A stretch of DNA of 63,005 nucleotides, counting the filler, from Chiloscyllium plagiosum (Eukaryota), in NCBI RefSeq assembly GCF_004010195.1. It is 4 parts of 4 records of this genome, joined end to end, with 100 filler letters (N's around TTAATTAATTAA, not from the genome) between each part and the next. Parts side by side here need not be neighbours in the genome. Positions count along the whole stretch, not along the records: positions 1 to 31,506 come from NC_057713.1; positions 31,607 to 55,596 come from NC_057733.1; 2 more parts are not named here. One strand, given 5' to 3'. The position numbers were made by a program, and so were the translations under genes. The notes under the pieces were generated by a model. That model searched no databases and was not told the origin of the DNA. It worked only from the letters and a program-made list of their open reading frames with translations. Below, one piece after another: positions 27,039 through 39,880 of this stretch; within the stretch, counting starts at the first letter, position 1, and the number at the start of each line of letters is the position of its first letter.

Positions 27039-27486
27039 ATGAGTGGTGAGATAAAAGCATAAAGGATTTCATGTGTAATTTAGATCCAGGTACATCAATG
27101 GCAGGCTTTGATTGGTAATGAGCAAACACCGTTGGGAGCATTAATGATGCCTCTGATGACAGGACAGCTGAGTAGCTGATTAAGAAAAAGATGCATCAAA
27201 GGGTATTCTATTCTGATTAGATCAGATAAGGTGGGAAGAAGTCTGGTTTGTGGTGGAACCATCAGCAATGACAAATGGATGGAGTGTGGGCTGGAAACAT
27301 AGAGGCGACATTCAAATTAAACTTTTTACTTCTGTTACTGAATAGAATGGATAGCATTCTGCTCCTTTGGAAAATGAAAGTGAATAAATCCCAAATTAAA
27401 CATGGCATATTTTAATATTTAGTGAAATTGCAATATTAATTCTGGATTTTGATAATTGATTTATATTTGTTTCAAATAGTTTGCAG

Positions 27487-27878
27487 CAATAATACCATTG
27501 GAGCCATCAGTGCCTGTCCTCCTGCCACTAACAGAAGAAATCTCCGCACAGAGGTTACTCTCCCTCACCTGTTCAGTGAGATGTTTCTCCTCACGAGAGG
27601 TCTTTGTCAAGTGGACAAACAATGACAAGCCTGTGAATCCCAGTGACTACAAGAACACCGAGGTGATGGCAGAGAGCCACAACACCTCCTTCTTCATGTA
27701 TAGCCTGTTAACCATTACAGCGGAGGAGTGGGGCAGAGGTGCTTCTTACTCTTGTGTGGTGGGACATGAAGCGATCTCATTGACTGTTCTGTTGATGATC
27801 TTCAATAATTCCAGCGGTAAACCGAGTTTTGTGAACATTTCACATGCACTGATGGACACTGTTAATTCATGTCAATAA
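27487..27878 (+). CDS. IGHM: IgM Cmu4 + secretory tailpiece exon (open frame, in a decayed cluster)
   Basis: tttgcag acceptor; [10 protein letters not shown]...LSLTCSV...VKW...YSCVVGHEA...[20 protein letters not shown]. Internal TM donor G|GTAAAC at 27817; AATAAA at 27915-20. Confidence 0.93.
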
Positions 27879-28648
27879 AAATCCCAAAGTTGCATTTAAT
27901 AATTCAACAAAAGTAATAAAGATGTTTTCCTTCAATTGTGAGTTAAATACACAACCGCTGAATTAATTATTTCCCACTCTTACTTATATTGCACCTATGT
28001 AGTTGAAGTGGATTATTAACAGCTCTGGGACGGATCTCTTGTGATTACAATGTCTCCTGCTCAGACAAACTCTGGGTCAGAGACAGAGAAAAGTTCACTC
28101 ATTGCAGGATGCTGCCAATAACCTCATCCGTCCTAAATCCCACTGTGTCGAAATCTGACAATGTCCATTTTATATCAAGGGTAGTTCACGAGTTTTGAAC
28201 TTTGTGTTCCTGATTTCCCGATTGGCCATTCTTACAAAATTCATGTCAGTTTCAAACTGCCACATTGCACCAATTGGAAATGTAAACTTAAGAGACTTTT
28301 AAAATTAGTTTTGATTGGAACATACCAATCGTAAACAGTGCAGAGCCTTTGTTTCTGGGGAACTGCCAATGATCATGCCCCAGCGCATTAGTTGACAGAA
28401 TATATCTTCACTTTCATACCAAAGAGAAAGGTCAGATAAATTGTTGTTGAGCAGAGGGAAGAGGAGAGGGGAACGATGAACGTTCTGTACTTTTACTCCA
28501 TGTGCAATGTTTTCACGGTAGACGTCCTCTGTAACGTAACCCAGTTGCTAACAGGAACAGTCAGCTCCTTGCTTACTACCTGAAGATTTAAAGTTTCCAT
28601 GCAAAATAATACCTTTGAAGCATGTTCGATACACTTGGCCCTGTTAAC

Positions 28649-28776
28649 ATTCCTGAAGAAGGGCTCGTGCCCGAAACGTCGATTCTCCTGCTCCTTGGAT
28701 GCTGCCTGACCTGCTGCGCTTTTCCAGCAACACATTTTCAGCTTTGATCTCCAGCATCTGCAGTCCTCACTTTCTC
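28649..28776 (+). mobile_element. Short Penelope-derived insertion with hammerhead motif and TSD
   Basis: CTGAAGA-AGGGCTCGTGCCC-GAAACGTC, flanked by ctgttaac direct repeats. Confidence 0.75.
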
Positions 28777-29139
28777 CTGTTAACGATTTGTTAACATTGA
28801 TTCCCCATAATCCAAAACTGGTATTTGCGTCTTCCTGGTTTGTATTCCATAGTCTTGTTTCAGTTTTCTGGAGCATGTGGAATTAATTCTGGTATTCGAA
28901 CACCTGATGTCGTTCTGTTTCACATACAGAACACTGATAAACATATTCAGAAATGTTATGATACATCTCTGGAGCAGTGAGGATTTGAACTCAGGCCTTT
29001 TGTCTCAGAGACAGAAATTCTATCACTGCAATAGAGGAGTCACTCATAAAACCCTTATGATGATGAGACATACTTCCTACAATCGTCGTCTGTTCAATCC
29101 ATTAAAATTAGAACAATAATAAAAATTAGTCTGGTATAA

Positions 29140-29700
29140 GAGCAGAAACACACACAGATAGAGAGAGATGCTCACAAATACACACATAAAGACACATATA
29201 CAGGCTGTCTCCTAAAGACATATTTATGCACACACACAAATGTGCATATAGATAAGCCATCACACATGCATACACGTACAGAGCCACGCATGCAAATTGT
29301 GCTTGAACACTCATTTAAGCTCTTACAAAAACTCACATACACCGAAAGAAAAGCACATGCACAAATGAACAGGGGTGCCCACACATAATCATGAAAAATA
29401 CACAGACACACACGGTAACACCCAAATGGACACGAATACATATACATTCATACACTGCATTGCGTACAGTCTTACATGCATGAATACACAGATGCAACAT
29501 CCCACATGTCGACTCACACAGGCACATAAGTGCACAAAGATAAACATTAATACCATTATTTTCCCATTTTCATAAACACAAACATATGATGACAGAGGCA
29601 GCTTAATTATTTACTTTTATCCACATGGATCACGACGTATACACAGTCACATACACTCAAATTGAGAATGTCACACGCAGACACACAATGCATCGATTAA
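29140..29700. repeat. Degenerate CA-rich low-complexity tract
   Basis: Mixed (CA)/(TA)/(CATG) runs. It explains the Cys/Val-rich minus-strand ORFs. Confidence 0.8.
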
Positions 29701-29705
29701 CAAAT

Positions 29706-30470
29706 AGATTAGATTAGATTAGATTAGATTACAGTGTGGAAACAGGCCCTTCGGCCCAACAAGTCCACACCGACCCGCCGAAGCGAAACCCACCCCTACC
29801 CCTACATTTAGCCCCTTACCTAACACTACAGGCAATTTAGTATGGCCAATTCACCTGACCCTGCAGATCTTTGGACTGTGGGAGGAAACCGGAACACCCG
29901 GAGGAAACCCACGCAGACACGGGGAGAACGTGCAAACTCCACACAGTTAGTCGCCTGAGGCGGGAATTGAACCCGGGTCTCTGGCGCTGTGAGGCAGCAG
30001 TGCTAACCACTGTGCCACCGTGCCGCCCACTACATTTAGTGCCGCCCACTACAAATAGTGGAGCATTTATTAAACAAGGAAAATGGCACAAGTGTCAGCA
30101 AGCATCCATGCACAATAATATAAACCAGCTGATCAGGAGATGGTTTAAAATAGATTAGATTATTTACAGTGTGGAAACAGGCCCTTCGGCCCAACAAGTC
30201 CACACTAACCCGCTGAAGCGCACCCACCCAGACCCATTCCCCTACATTTACCCCTTCACCTAACACTACGGGCAATTTAGCATGGCCAATTCACCTAACC
30301 CTGCACATTTTTGTGGCTGCTGGAGGAAACCCATGCAGACACGGGGAGAACGTGCAAATTCCACACAGGCAGTCGCCTGAAGCGAGAATTGAACCCGGGT
30401 CTCTGGCACTGTGAGACAGCAGTGCTAATCACTCTGCCACCATGCCACCCACTGCCATCGTGCCGCCCAT
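29706..30470 (-). mobile_element. Two tandem HE1-type SINEs (29706-30030, 30150-30470)
   Basis: Both have (agatt)n tails, a ggaaacccacgcagacacggggagaacgtgcaaa core and tRNA-like heads. Confidence 0.9.
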
Positions 30471-31276
30471 AGATTGCCACATAAGCAGACATTATAAACA
30501 TAAACATCCATCGAAACATGATGTTACATGTTAACATTTATTAAGACAAGCATGAAAATAACCTAATGCAGGTAGGATCTGAAATAGACACATAAACACA
30601 CATTTTAGATAGCACTAACGAGAAGTGAACACTCACAAAGATATTACAAGATAAACATAGGCATCAATGAAGTGGCATAATCGCATAATGATGCTTGCAC
30701 ATTGTGAAATGAACAAAATTTACGTACACAAACACGTAAGCACACCAGCAGCAAAGGAACGTGAATATGTTTATTCATGCACAGACTCCAAAATGGGCAA
30801 GTGTGAAGTCAGAGACACTCGTAACTATATACACAAACATTAAAGGAAAACCATACGCTCCAAGCAGTAGATCAAATAAATTAAAGGACACATGCACAAA
30901 AACTTATTCCTAAATATATAGATCCTACAAACAAAAACATGAAGTAATGTTTTCACTGTGGATCTAACTTCTATTCATGATTTGCCAAGCAATTGGTCAC
31001 CAATAAATAAAGATGAGAATCATATTTGAACTTTTACCCAGTGATGGCCACAATTTTCAATTAAACTGTTGTCACAGCCTATATTTAAATTAAAGTGATA
31101 TAATTAAAATAATCGTTCCTAATAAGCATTCCTCAAATAATAATATCCTTCAGTAATAGATTAAAAGAAGAAAAAATTGAAATGTTCTGACATGGACAAT
31201 GAAGAAAGAACATGTGCAGTTAGTTAGCAAGTTCTTGCTGAGAGTCGATAATGCATTAATGTATACAGATAGAGAT

Positions 31277-31506
31277 GGAAATGTGTTGCTGGAGAAGCGC
31301 AGCAGGTCAGGCAGCATCTAGGGAACAGGAGAATCGACGTTTCGGGCATTAGCCCTTCTTCAGGAATGAGGAAAGTTTGTCCAGCAGGCTAAGATAAAAG
31401 ATAGGGAGGAGGGACTTGGGGGAGGGGCGTCGGAAATGTGATAGGTGGAAAAAGGTCAAGGGGAGGGTGATAGGTCAGACTGGGGTGGGGGCGGAGAGGT
31501 CGGGAA
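31277..31506 (-). mobile_element. Penelope-like element 3' terminus with hammerhead motif
   Basis: Reverse complement of cctgaagaagggctaatgcccgaaacgtcgattctcc, preceded by a purine-rich tract running into the gap. Confidence 0.75.
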
Positions 31507-31606
31507 NNNNNNNNNNNNNNNNNNNNNNNNNNNNNNNNNNNNNNNNNNNNTTAATTAATTAANNNNNNNNNNNNNNNNNNNNNNNNNNNNNNNNNNNNNN
31601 NNNNNN
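31507..31606. other. Assembly spacer N44-TTAATTAATTAA-N44
   Basis: Exactly 100 bp. The same structure recurs at 55597-55696 and 59310-59409. Confidence 0.97.
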
Positions 31607-32510
31607 GCTAGCAAACCTACCCCCCAGGATATTGGTGCCCTTCTGGTTCAGGTGCAACCCGTCCTGTTTGTACAGGTCCCACCTTCCCCAGAATGCAGTC
31701 CAATTGTCCAAATATCTGAAGCCCTCCCTCCTCCACCAGCCTTGCAGCCACGTGTTCAGCTGCACTCTCTCCCTATTCTTTGCCTCACTGTCACGTGGCA
31801 CCGGCAACAACCCAGAGATGACGACTCTGTCTGTCCTAGCTTTTAGCTTCCAGCCTAATTCCCTGAGCTCCTGAATGACCTCCCCACCCCTCTTCCTACC
31901 TATGTCGTTGGTGCCAATGTGCACCACGACTTCTGGCTGCATACCCTCCCCCTTAAGGATTCTGAAGACACGGTCCAAGACGTCTCGGATCCTGGCACCC
32001 AGGAGGCACCAACCCATCCGAGAGTCTCGCCCATGTCCACAGAACCGCCTGTCCGTCCCTCTAACTATAGAGTCTCCTAAAACTAGCGCTCTCCTCCTCG
32101 CCCCCTTTCCCTTCTGAGCCTCAGAGCCGGACCTCATGCCAGAGACCCGATCACTGCAGCTTACCCCTGCTAGGCCGTCCCCCCAACAGTATCCAAAGCG
32201 GTATACTTATTGTTGAGGGGAACGACCACAAGGGATCCCTGCACTGCCTGCTTCCTCCCCTTCCCACCTCTAACTGTTACCCAGCTACCTCTGTTCTCTG
32301 GCGTAACCACGTCCCTGCAGCTTCTATCTATCACCCTCTCAGCCTCTTGAATAATCCTCAGTTCATCCAACTCCAGCTCCAGTTCCCTTAACGCGGTCTG
32401 TGAGGAGCTGGAGCTGACTGCATTTCCTGCAGGTGAAGTCGGCAGGAGCATCGGTGGTCACCCCTACCTCAAACATCCTGCAGGAGGAACATTCCACTGC
32501 CATAGTTTGT
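31607..32510 (-). mobile_element. CR1-like LINE ORF1 (SGNH/GDSL esterase-type)
   Basis: LVLGDSIVRG...VVHIGTNDIG...VISGLLPVPR...DGLHLNQKG, plus an upstream coiled-coil segment LRELELELDELRII. Confidence 0.9.
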
Positions 32511-32789
32511 CTGGATTCGGTTTATACTCCACCTAGCGATCTCCAGAAGCATTTACACTTCGCTCTATGGAAAAAAAAGTTGTTGTCTTTCTAAGATGTA
32601 AAAACTGTACAACAGATTTAATTCTCGGGATTTTATTATTTATACATAAACAGGCAGCAATTCTCTATTCTATTTCTCATCTCATTTCCGTTCACGGTAT
32701 AAGCTGAGCAGGGTTGCTGGGGCAAGTCAGGGAGTTGCTCACAAATAGTACATTTTATTTTCCTACGCTCGTCAACCACAATTATTCAG

Positions 32790-33233
32790 TTACAGTATAT
32801 CGAAACTAAAAGTTCAAAGGCAAGGAAAAAGGAACAGCGGGAGGACCGGCTGCTTGCGCAGTTCGTTTTGAACAACAGCACTGTCCAGAAAAATAGCATA
32901 ACATGACTTTGGCTCATTGTTTGCTGTAACACTGGACACCAGGAGCCGGGCTCTTTCCCAGACTGGGCAGTGGATCGAGCTCTGAGCTGCACTCGCTCCC
33001 CGCAGATCCTAAAGCACGTCCCGGGCTCAGCTGAGCTGATCCTGTGTCGAATCCCGACTATAAATGCTGACTCTTCTGAGATCAGCTTTGACCTGATTTA
33101 GTGCTGGGCTCATTGGATCTCCACGTATTATCTGGGACAAAGGTACAGTCTGACATTCAGGAAATATTTTTGCTGAGAGCTGTGTTGAAAGTGTGTGGAC
33201 TGTGGGTATAATGTTGCTCGCTTTGCCTAGTTG
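32790..33233 (+). promoter_or_regulatory. Candidate promoter/non-coding first exon for the downstream B7-family gene
   Basis: Locally CpG-enriched, with ISRE-like GAAACTAAAAGT (~32802), TATAAAT at 33059-65 and a GTGAGT donor at 33234. The leader exon has an acceptor at 39862-63, so an upstream exon is expected. Confidence 0.35.
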
Positions 33234-33739
33234 GTGAGTTTGTGATGCAGTTAAAGCCAAAATTCCCACACTGGCTGACGTTACTATGAAGGACTCTCCT
33301 TCACAGTCTCATCCCCTCACCCGAGGCATTTTTATTTATTATTCACTTAGAGATGTGGGAATCACTGGCTGCCAGCATTTATTTTCCATCCCTTGTTGCC
33401 CTTGAGAAGATGGTGGTGAGCTGCCATTTTGAACTGCTCCAGTCCATGTCATCTCTTTGCTGAGACTTCATAGCAATTGGTACAACTGAGTAGCTTACTC
33501 GGCCATTTCAGAGGACAGTTGACAGTCAAACACATTGCTGTATATCTGGAGTCGCATGTAGGCCAGACCAGGTAAGGATGACAGATTTCCCTGAAGGACA
33601 TCATTGAGCTAGGTTGAGTTTTATTCTGACAGTCATCAATGGTTTCATGGTCATCAGTAGATTCTTCATACCAGATTTTTATTAAATTGAAAGTCCGTCT
33701 TTGGCTATGGAAAGATTTGAACCTGGTCCCTCTTGCAAA

Positions 33740-35875
33740 GCATAGCCCTCCGCTCCAACCCCAACCTCACCATCAAACCAGATATCAAGGGGGGCACAGT
33801 GGTAGTTTGGCACACTGACCTCTTACACCGCTGAAGCCAGGCACCAATTCATGGACACCTTCTCCTACTGCCCTCTCGACCACGACCTCACCTCCTATAC
33901 CAAACCATCATCTCTCAGACCATCCACAACCTCATCACCTCTGGGGATCTGCCACCCACAGCCTTCATTGTCCTGATCCCTGCAGCACCCAGTTCTACCT
34001 CTTACCCAAAATCCACAAACCTGACAGCCCCAGTTGATCCATTGTCTCCCCCACTCCTGCTCCACTGAACGTATCTCCTCATACCTTGACACCATCCTGT
34101 CCCCTTGGTTCAGGAACTCCCCACATACATTCAGGACACCACCCACACCCTTTACCTTCTCCATGACATTTGTTTCCCCAGCCCCCAATGCTTCATCTTC
34201 ACCATGGACATCCAGTCCCTGTACACGTCCATCCATCATGGCAAAGGCCTCCACGCCCTCTGTTTCTTCCTCTCCCGACAACTCAACCAGTACTCCTTCA
34301 TCAACACGCTCATTCGATTGGCAGAACTGGTTCACACCTCAATAACTTCTCATTCGGAGCCTCCCACTTCCTTTGGACCAAAAGGGTAGCGATTAGAACC
34401 TGCAAGGGCCACAGCTCTGCCTGCCTTTTCATCAGATACATGGAACAGTTCATCATCTGCAGCTACACTAGCATCATCTTCCTCCACTTCGTTGATGACT
34501 GTATTGGTGCCACCTCATGCTCCCACTAGTAAGTTGAATAGTGCATCAACTTCACAAACATGTTTCACCCTGACCTTAAGTTCACCTGGACCATCTCCGA
34601 CATGTCCCTCTCCTTCCTGGACCTCTCTGTCTCCTTCTCCGGCGACTGACTCAACACAGACATCTATTTCAAACCCACCGACTCCTACAGCTACCTGGAC
34701 TCTACCCCGCCCACCCCATCTCCTGTAAAAACGTGATCCCTTACTCCCGATTCCTCCACCTCCACCGTATCTGGTCCTAGGAGGAGCAAATCCATTCGAG
34801 GACACCCAAGGAGGCCTCCTGTTTCAAGGACCACAATATCCCCCCATACGTGATCGGCAGTGCCTTCCACCTCATCTCCTTTACTTCCTGCATCTCTGCT
34901 CATGAACCCCCACCCCTCCAACCGCAATAAGGATAGAGCCCCCCGCCCCCTGTTCTCACCTTCCATCTGACTAATTTCCGGATATAGCGCATTATCCTCC
35001 GCCATTTGTGCCACCTACAATCAGACCCCACCTCCAGAGACGTATTTCCTTCCCTATCCCTATCTGCATTCTGCAGAGACCATTCCCTCCGGATCTCCCT
35101 TGTTAGGTCCACGCCTTCCAACAACCCACCCCTCCCTACCCAGCACCTTCCCTTGCCACCATAAGAGATGTAAAACCTGCACCTACACCTCCCCCTCACC
35201 TTCATCCAAGGCCCCAAATGATCTTTCCACATCCAGCAGAGATTTTATGCACATCCACCCACCTCATTTACTGCATCCGGTGTTCTCAGTGTGGTCTTCT
35301 GTACATCGGGAGGACACAACGCCAATATGCAGAGTATTTCAGAGAACATCTCTGGGACACATGCACCAAACAACTCCCTGTGGCCGACCACTTCAACTCC
35401 CCCTCCCACTCCACCAAGGCCATGCAAATCCTGGGCCTCCTTCACTGCCAAATTCAATCCACCCAACAACTGGAGGAAGAAAGTCTCATCTTCCACCTAG
35501 GACCCTCAAAACCATACGACATCAACACCTGACTTCACTAGTTTCCAAATCTCCCCTCCTCCATCTCCCCTCACCACATCCTAGACCCAACCCTCCAACT
35601 CAGCACCACATTCTTGGACTGTCCTATCTGTCCATCTTCCTTCCCACCTATCTGTCCACCCTACCCACCAACCTATCACAATCACCATTCACCTGCATTT
35701 AACAATCGCCTTCCCAGCTATCTTCCCCCGCCCCCTCAGCCCCATCCCACCTTCCTATGTATCTCTCAGCCCTTTTTGCCCCCACATTCTTGATGAAGGG
35801 GTTATGCCCGAAACGTCGACTCTCCTGCTCCTCGAATGCTGCCTGACTTGCTGCGCTTTTCTCGCACCACACCTT
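33740..35875 (+). mobile_element. Decayed Penelope-like element (RT + GIY-YIG endonuclease)
   Basis: RT fragments FIFTMDIQSLYTSIHH and FLHFVDDCIGA; GIY-YIG motif LIYCIRCSQCGLLYIGRT..REH; hammerhead-like terminus at ~35790-35820. Confidence 0.85.
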
Positions 35876-36099
35876 TTGACTGGAATGAATCACAGTTGCA
35901 GTTCACCCACCCATTGCCTTTCTACTGTCATCCCTCTCAGTTGTTTGCCCCAATTCACCCATGACAACTTGCACATCATACAATTATACTTTCCCCTGTG
36001 GACATTCAGGGCCTGGATCTCAGAATCAATTGTGTCACTCCCCATCTTAAGGGAGAATTATATTATATTATGGTCACTCTTCCTTAAGGGATCTCACAC

Positions 36100-37560
36100 G
36101 TAGCAAGAATGCCAATTAGTCCCTTCTCATTACACAGCACCCAACATAGAATAGTCTGTCCCCTAGTTGGTTCCTCAACAAACAATCTCGCTCAGTGTTC
36201 CATATTCTCCTCTATTGCATTGTTACTGATTTGATTTACCTAATCTATATGTAAAGTTGCTCATTATTACAACCATACCTTTATTGTTAATTATACCAAT
36301 TTAACAGAGCTAATATCCTTCCTCACTATTTTGTTATTCACTTGTTAACTAGCAATGCTACCTCACCTTCTTTTTCTCTTTGTCCTTCCTAAAATTGAAA
36401 TACCCCTGGATGTTCAGTTTTCATTATTGGTCACCCTGCAGCCACATCAATGTAATCCCAATGATATCATATCCATTTATGCCTATTTGCACAATTGATT
36501 TATGCACTTTATGGCAAATGCTTCAAGCATTAGGGCACAAGGCCTCAAACCTTGTCTTCATAATATTTTTAGTTCTGTTCACATTATTTAACACTGCAGC
36601 TTGAATTCTTTGCCGATTAATTTTCTTATTTTCCATTGTGTTTTTTGTCTTTGCCTGACTCCATGTATAGGTTCCCGTTTCCCTGCTATTTTAGTTTAAA
36701 CTCTCCACAACTGCACTCAAAAATACTCCCCTCGGAGTCAGTTCCAATCTTGCTCAAGTGCACCCCAGTTCCACCTTCCCCAGAATCAATCCCAATGTCC
36801 AAGCCATCTCCCCTTTGCACTATCTCTCCAGCCACATATTTATCTGATATATCCTGCTATTTCTACTCTGATGAGCACATGACACTGAGAGCAATCCTGA
36901 TATCACTACTTTGATTTTCTACTTTTTAACTTGCTTTATAAATCCCTACATTGTGATTTTAGGACCGCCTCCCGTTTTTAACCCAGGTTATTGGTACCAC
37001 TGCGACCACTGTCTGTTCAGCCTCCCACAGGAATGACCTGTAGCCACTCCAAGATGTTCTTGACCCCAGCAGCCAGGATGCAACATATCATCCTGAAATT
37101 TTGTTAGTGGCCACAGAAACATCTATCTGTTCGCCTTAGAATTGAACTCTTTATAGCCTTCCCACACTTCCTCCCCCTTTCCCATGCAGCAGAGTCAACA
37201 GTGGTGAAACAAGTTTTGCTGCTGCGACTTTGCTCTGGGAGACCATAACCCCAACAGTATCCAAACTGGCATGTTTGTTTGGCAGGGGAATAGCATAGGG
37301 GCTTCCTGCACTGCCTGCCTATTGCTCTGTCTGGTGACCACCCATTCCCTCCTTTGTTGTAGATCTGGGCCTGCAGAGTAACCAGCTGTCGGTACATGGT
37401 CTCCATGACACTGCTGAAGGTCTGAAACCCGGGCTTCCAGGAGCTACAGATGGAAATACTTGCTGCCCACATCAAACTGTGCCCGCCTTCTCACAGAGCA
37501 GGAGGAACACATCACAATCGTGAGCACTGCTGCTCTGACTTACTCCTTTCAGTGAAACCC
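36100..37560 (-). mobile_element. Highly decayed CR1-like ORF1/ORF2-start fragment
   Basis: ILRRTDRCFCGH motif (37104-37475) and nucleotide similarity to 31607-32510. Confidence 0.6.
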
Positions 37561-37756
37561 TCAGGTTGCCCTGAAATCAAATAATATTATATACACAGGG
37601 GTGCTTTTTTAATCTGAAAATGCAATTTATTGCCCTTTAAAATGATAAGACCAAAATAAAGAACCTAAAGATCTTACAAACAATAAGGGATAAAAATATT
37701 ATTAATATGATTATATTATTAACCCAGGCGTACTCACCAACTTCGCTGCTTCTTCT

Positions 37757-38070
37757 TAGATTACTTACAGTGTGGAAACAGGCCCTTCGGCCCAACAAGT
37801 CCACACCGACCCGCCGAAGCACAACCCACCCAGACCCAGTCCCCTACATTTACCCCTTCACCTAACACTACGGGCAATTTAGCATGGCCAATGCACCTAA
37901 CCTGCACATTTTTGGATTGTCGGAGGAAATCGGAGCACCCAGAGGAAACCCACGCAGACACGGGGAGACTGTGCAAACTGCAAAACAGAGAGTCGCCTGA
38001 GGCGGGAATTGAACCTGGGTCCCTGGCGCTGCAAGGCAGCAGTGCTAACGACTGTGCCACCATGCCACCA
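37757..38070 (-). mobile_element. HE1-type SINE
   Basis: Near-identical to the copies at 29706-30470. Confidence 0.9.
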
Positions 38071-38773
38071 TGTCTCTACATGAATCCTGAGGTCATCTCA
38101 GGTGATGTTCCTGTGGGATCAGTATTAAATTGCTATTGTATTTCCCAAAGTCATACAAAATGTCTCTCTGATGCTCTGTGCCTTTGGTTTCACTGTGCTG
38201 CTGCTTTTAAACTATGCCCAGTGTTTCCCATCAGGTATGCTGCCTTTCATGTTTCAAAATTTGAATGAATACTTTATAGTGGAGAGGCTAATAGATTTGT
38301 GACACAGTTTCTTCTCTCTCTGTATGGTAGTGAGCTCTCACTGCTTTTAGGTATGCACCAAATCCCCAAACCAAACACTGAGAATGTGAGAGAAACTCAG
38401 TAGATCTGGCAGCATCTAAAGAAAGATAAACAGAGTCTGGCATAATACTTCATACCTCCAGAAATTGATTTCAATCTACAGGATGAGGTCATTTCTTACA
38501 GGTGGAGGTTGCAAAACCTAAACCTCCATCACTGACTGTGCCCATCACCCTGACACTGGAGACGTCTCCAAATTAAAATCTCAAACATTAACCTCCAGCA
38601 GCTGGTATAACTGCCTGGAAATATTCAAACACCATTCAATTCAAAATTAAATTGCAAATGCTTTGGGATGTTTAAACAAGGCCTTCCTGATTGCTCACTT
38701 TTTTTTATTTTGAAAGTTAATGAGTAATAGAAAGAGCAGAGCAGTCTGGAGTTGATTTCACCAGAATTGCATT

Positions 38774-39619
38774 ATCAGTTCAGTCGTGATGGATTCAGGG
38801 TTTTCGTTTATCTTTCACTGATACTACAGCAATAGCTGTGGGAATCACCAAATTTGGAGTCTACATGTCAGGGCTTGCACAATGATTGATGGTTATTTGG
38901 ATTTGGATATCCCAGCACAGGATATGGAGGCAGGATATCCAATCCAGGATCAGACCATCCTCAGGTCCAGAATAGAACAACCCCAGGCTCTGAGACACTG
39001 CTGCAGCCTTGTCAAGTCCCTGCCCAATCTAAGGCCAAATCTGTCAAACAGGGGCTGCTAAAGGAGTGGGAGTGGGTCCTGGAAACAAGACACACACTGT
39101 GGACTTAAAATGTCACTCAGCACATGTGGAGATCTGCAATCCAGTCAAACACAGCCCAGCCTGTCAAGATTGCAGCCTTGGTATTATTGCAGTGTCATCA
39201 GTTCAGTTGTGATGGATTCAGGGTTTTCATTTATCTTTCACTGATACTACAGCAATAGCTGTGGGAATCACCAAATTTGGAGTCTACATGTCAGGGCTTG
39301 CACAATGATTGATGGTTATTTGGATTTGGACATCCCAGCACAGGATATGGAGGCAGGATATCCAATCCAGGATCAGACCATCCTCAGGTCCAGAATAGAA
39401 CAACCCCAGGCTCTGAGTCACTGCTGCAGCCTTGTCAAGTCCCTGCCCAATCTAAGGCCAAATCTGTCAAACAGGGGCTGCTAAAGGAGTGGAAGTGGGT
39501 CCTGGAAACAAGACACACACTGTGGACTTAAAATGTCACTCAGCACATGTGGAGATCTGCAATCTAGTCAAACACAGCCCAGCCTGTCAAGATTGCAGCC
39601 ATGGTATTATTGCAGTGTC
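38774..39619. repeat. Recent 423-bp direct tandem duplication
   Basis: 38774-39196 and 39197-39619 are almost identical (atcagttcagt...tattgcagtgtc). Confidence 0.95.
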
Positions 39620-39880
39620 CTTTGCTATACTGTTTGCTTGGTCATAGATTCCAGAATCCTCGCTGTGAGAATGGTAGCCATCCACCACAAAACGTGTGTA
39701 TGTTTTACACTAACATGTAATAATTACAAGCATTCAAACCATATCTAGCAATTTTTTTAGAGCAATATTTTATTGATGATAAATGTTTGATCCATAAAAA
39801 AGTGAAACCAGGTTTTATAAGATTAGTGAAACTTAATATGTTTTCTGTATTATCCCCAATTAGGTGAACTGGGTCTGGAA

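Noticed and set aside
27900-31500. IgM transmembrane exons
   Set aside because: No WTTASTFIVLF-like sequence found in this block.
31551-31562. TTAATTAATTAA palindrome as a biological site
   Set aside because: Embedded symmetrically in Ns three times; an assembly linker.
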